A stretch of 64,000 nucleotides of DNA from a virus (taxonomy: Duplodnaviria > Caudoviricetes). The translations under genes and the position numbers were made by a program. The DNA is taken from the IMG/VR virus record IMGVR_UViG_3300022173_000189, positions 6,829 to 70,828 of that record. The stretch is one strand, 5' to 3'. The notes below the pieces were generated by a model. It had not been told where the DNA came from and ran no database searches. It worked only from the letters and a program-made list of their open reading frames with translations. This document shows positions 61,472 to 64,000 of the stretch, piece after piece (the stretch's first letter is position 1; the number at the start of each line of letters is the position of its first letter).

Positions 61472-62882
61472 TGTATGGGAAGACACGACGCCACCGGCTG
61501 AACAGTTGGGGCTGGTGTTTCAGAATCCGCGCTGGCGTCCGCCTGTACTGGAGGAGATGAAGCCAGACCTGGACCGGCTCATTGCCTCCATCGCACAGGG
61601 CTATGTGGACGGCACCTGCCAGTCGCTCCACTTCGACGAGCTGGTCAGCGAGGGCAACTCCAAGCTGGCGATCCTCATCAGCAAAAACTACCTCGTCAAA
61701 GCACCGAGCCGGTCGAAATTCTTCGGCCTGTTCAAGATGTCCTACACCAACCACGTCCGCTCGCTCGTGCAGAAGCATCGCTTCACGCAGAAGCGCACGG
61801 GCGTGAAGCCGCCTCCGCGTGACGCGCTCTTCACCGGCCAGGAGCACGTCAAGAACGTCGAGGTGTCGCTCAACGACCCGGACGCTGGATTGCAGGTGGC
61901 CGACGCTGCCGCTCCTTCGCCCGACACTGATGAGGCGGATCTGGTCAACGAGTATCGCTCGCTGCTCACGCCGCTGGAGGGACTGGTCTTCGACCAGATG
62001 ACCAACCCGAACAACCTGGCTCTCCTGGACGCCCAGATGGAGTCATGGCTTGGCCAGCGCCGTGGACGCGCCGTGAAGGTCCGTCACAAAAATATGGCGT
62101 ATGGGATCGGAATCGACGTGGAGTCGTTCGACCAGGCGGTTCTTTCAATACAGCAGAAGATACTTTCCCATCGATCTATGGACGACAACGCGCAACTGGA
62201 AGAGAGCCGCCGCAACGCCGCAGTGGTGACGCTCTGTCACGTCTTCGGGTTGCAAATCCCGCCCAACACTGACGAGAGCCTGGTCCGACGAATGTTCACC
62301 GTCGCTGCGCGCTACGAGCACGACAAGGTGGACACCCAGGTCACCGAACTCCTTCGCATGGTCGGGGCCAAGGTGCCGGAGATGCGGACGGACGGCACGA
62401 TGGGCTGCCACGGCGTCCTCTTCAAAAAGAACCATCCCATCTGCAATGCGTGCGACCTGCGCAAATCCTGCGAGGTCGAGGCCGCAGCGTTCGGCCTGGA
62501 CAAGATCGTGCCCAGTCCAAAGCTTCTCGGTGTGAACCAAGTCCGGGTTCCCTTCATCTCCGACCACGCCACCGCCACCAAGTCCACCGTCCCGGCCATC
62601 AGCAAGCGCGACAGCGAGATCCTCAGCTTCCTCCAGGCCAACTACAAGAAGGCCGTCTTCCGTGGCGAGACCTTCTTCGAGCATGGTGCTGCGCCCAACG
62701 CGAAATACCTTTTCTGCATCACCAACCAGACGCCGCTGGCGCTGCGCTTCTGCACTCCCGGCAAGAAGATGCAGGCCAAGCTCCGCGTCGAACAGCAGCG
62801 CGGCCGTACCGCCTGGATGGTGCCGTCCGACCTTCCGACTGACCAGGTGCTGGAGCTGATGAAGGAGCACCAAGGCGCATGA
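61458..62882 (+). CDS. Sigma-factor-like protein (regions 2 and 4) with Cys/His Zn-finger
   Basis: FDELVSEGNSKL..FFGLFKMSYTNHVRSL; YRSLLTPLEGLVF; GCHGVLF..ICNACDLRKSC. Confidence 0.65.
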   Translation: MATTDVWEDTTPPAEQLGLVFQNPRWRPPVLEEMKPDLDRLIASIAQGYVDGTCQSLHFDELVSEGNSKLAILISKNYLVKAPSRSKFFGLFKMSYTNHVRSLVQKHRFTQKRTGVKPPPRDALFTGQEHVKNVEVSLNDPDAGLQVADAAAPSPDTDEADLVNEYRSLLTPLEGLVFDQMTNPNNLALLDAQMESWLGQRRGRAVKVRHKNMAYGIGIDVESFDQAVLSIQQKILSHRSMDDNAQLEESRRNAAVVTLCHVFGLQIPPNTDESLVRRMFTVAARYEHDKVDTQVTELLRMVGAKVPEMRTDGTMGCHGVLFKKNHPICNACDLRKSCEVEAAAFGLDKIVPSPKLLGVNQVRVPFISDHATATKSTVPAISKRDSEILSFLQANYKKAVFRGETFFEHGAAPNAKYLFCITNQTPLALRFCTPGKKMQAKLRVEQQRGRTAWMVPSDLPTDQVLELMKEHQGA

Positions 62883-63202
62883 ATCCTCCCGTCCCGCCGC
62901 CAGAGCCGCCGATGTCACGTCGTCAGGCGCTGCTCAAGCTCGGCTTCTTCCAGGTCATCGACGCCATTTACCTGGTCGTCATCCTTGGCTTGATCATCAC
63001 CGCAGGTGTGCGCGGTGGCCTCCTTGGCGGCACGCCCGTGGAGTTTCTGTCCTGGCTCGTCGTCGCGCTGGTCGTCGGTCAGCTATGGATCATCACGCTC
63101 TGCTTCCGCGTCTCCTGGTTCATCCTCGCGGCACAGGCCGACATCAACCTGCTGCCTGAAGCAGCGGCGCGCATCGTCCTCGGCTACCAGCAGAAGCAAT
63201 GA
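62879..63202 (+). CDS. Small membrane protein (2 TM)
   Basis: Two long hydrophobic segments. Confidence 0.7.
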   Translation: MNPPVPPPEPPMSRRQALLKLGFFQVIDAIYLVVILGLIITAGVRGGLLGGTPVEFLSWLVVALVVGQLWIITLCFRVSWFILAAQADINLLPEAAARIVLGYQQKQ

Positions 63203-63360
63203 AGCCGCAACCAGTGCTGTCCCGCAGGGTGCGCTGGAGCCTCTGGTGGCATGAGCTGACCACCGGCCACCGCGTCAAACGCATTCACCGTGGCGGCAAG
63301 CTCATCTTTATCAACTGTGAGAAGTGCAACAGAACCTTTTGGTGGAATCGGATGTGGTGA
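63199..63360 (+). CDS. Small Trp-rich Zn-ribbon-like protein (53 aa, not in ORF track)
   Basis: MKPQPVLSRRVRWSLWWHELTTGH..CEKCNRTFWW. Confidence 0.5.
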   Translation: MKPQPVLSRRVRWSLWWHELTTGHRVKRIHRGGKLIFINCEKCNRTFWWNRMW

Positions 63361-63363
63361 CCT

Positions 63364-64000
63364 ATGAAGACAGCAATCGCCGTACTAACTTTTCGTCGTC
63401 ACTACGTCCTGCGTGAGACTCTCGATGGTCTCCGAAAGCATTGTGGCCAGTATCCACTGGCGGTGTTCGAGGATCTCGGTCAGCGCGACGGCACCGAAGA
63501 CTGGCTCTGTCCTTCTGGCACCTTCCGTCTGCACCGAAAGGATCTGGAGGCCGAGCAGTCGCGGATGCCTGAAGAATTGCAAGGCAGCAACGGCAACTGG
63601 CAGGTGTTCCTGGCGACGCGCAACCTCGGCGTGTCCGGCCAGTCGAACCGGGCGATCAAGTGGTTCATGGAGGAGACAGACTGCGACCATCTCTGCCTGC
63701 TCAACGACGACCTCCACGTCCTCGGCAACTTCGCGGACTTCTACGCCCGTGGTCATGCGGACCTGGGCATTGGCTTCTTCTGCTTCTGCGACTTCACGCG
63801 TGAGGACTACCGCTGGGTCACGGTGCGCCAGCGCGGCTACGGTGTGAAGCTCCTGCCACGGCTCACCGGCATCATGTGCAGCATGACGCGGCAGCTCGTC
63901 AACAAGATTGGTTACTTTGACATGCGCTTCGGCAAATGGGGCCAGGAGCACTGCGACTACACCTACCGAGCACGCTTCGTCGGTGAAGTCAGCCTGGACT
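63364..64000 (+). CDS. GT2-family glycosyltransferase (3' truncated by window; absent from ORF track)
   Basis: MKTAIAVLTFRR..VFED..NLGVSGQSN..LLNDD..IGYFD.RFGKWGQEHCDYTYRA. Confidence 0.88.
   Translation, partial: MKTAIAVLTFRRHYVLRETLDGLRKHCGQYPLAVFEDLGQRDGTEDWLCPSGTFRLHRKDLEAEQSRMPEELQGSNGNWQVFLATRNLGVSGQSNRAIKWFMEETDCDHLCLLNDDLHVLGNFADFYARGHADLGIGFFCFCDFTREDYRWVTVRQRGYGVKLLPRLTGIMCSMTRQLVNKIGYFDMRFGKWGQEHCDYTYRARFVGEVSLD

Larger units (their letters stand above)
1..64000. mobile_element. Segment of a T4-like large myophage genome
   Basis: Sheath, tube, gp5/gp25/gp26/gp13/gp20-like genes, UvsW, gp32, RecA/UvsX, primase and many short hypothetical ORFs; no cellular housekeeping operons. Confidence 0.96.

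Noticed and set aside
63385-63951. 188-aa minus-strand ORF in the track
   Set aside because: Antisense to the unlisted, window-truncated GT2 gene starting at 63364 on the + strand
1-64000. Alternative genetic code (TAG reassignment) as in some large phages
   Set aside because: Core genes are intact in code 11, and several end at TAG exactly at gene boundaries (e.g. 23753, 38413, 57951)

Overview
A 64 kb internal segment of a GC-rich, T4-like (large myovirus, probably jumbo) bacteriophage genome. It is densely coding on both strands, and I see no rRNA, tRNA or CRISPR array. Virion genes: tail sheath, two tube-fold genes, a gp5-like spike, gp25, gp26, gp13 neck, gp20-like portal, a 1525-aa wedge/LamG protein, and fibre and Ig-domain proteins. 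Replication/recombination genes: UvsW and UvrD helicases, primase, gp47-like nuclease, 5'-3' exonuclease, and a UvsY-gp32-RecA/UvsX cluster. Also present are two adjacent sigma-like genes, HU/IHF, a tandem GroES, four glycosyltransferase genes and a cell-wall hydrolase. Surface-protein domains suggest a Verrucomicrobiota host (inference). The most interesting signals are: (1) a shared N-terminal peptide ending [IL]-x-E on unrelated small proteins, resembling a capsid-targeting/prohead-protease tag, whose carriers include an Acb1-like 2H phosphoesterase; (2) a nicotinamidase-vWA-PP2C-kinase operon with an internal attenuator-like hairpin; (3) a ~160-nt intergenic structured RNA candidate; (4) short motifs (TAGTTA, GTTCTT(T)A) 3-6 nt before many start codons, suggesting leaderless transcripts; (5) an initiator-like gene carrying 20-bp iteron-like repeats in a CG-poor trough; (6) an apparently circularly permuted protein. 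All family assignments come from manual motif recognition, not database searches, and counts are hand counts.
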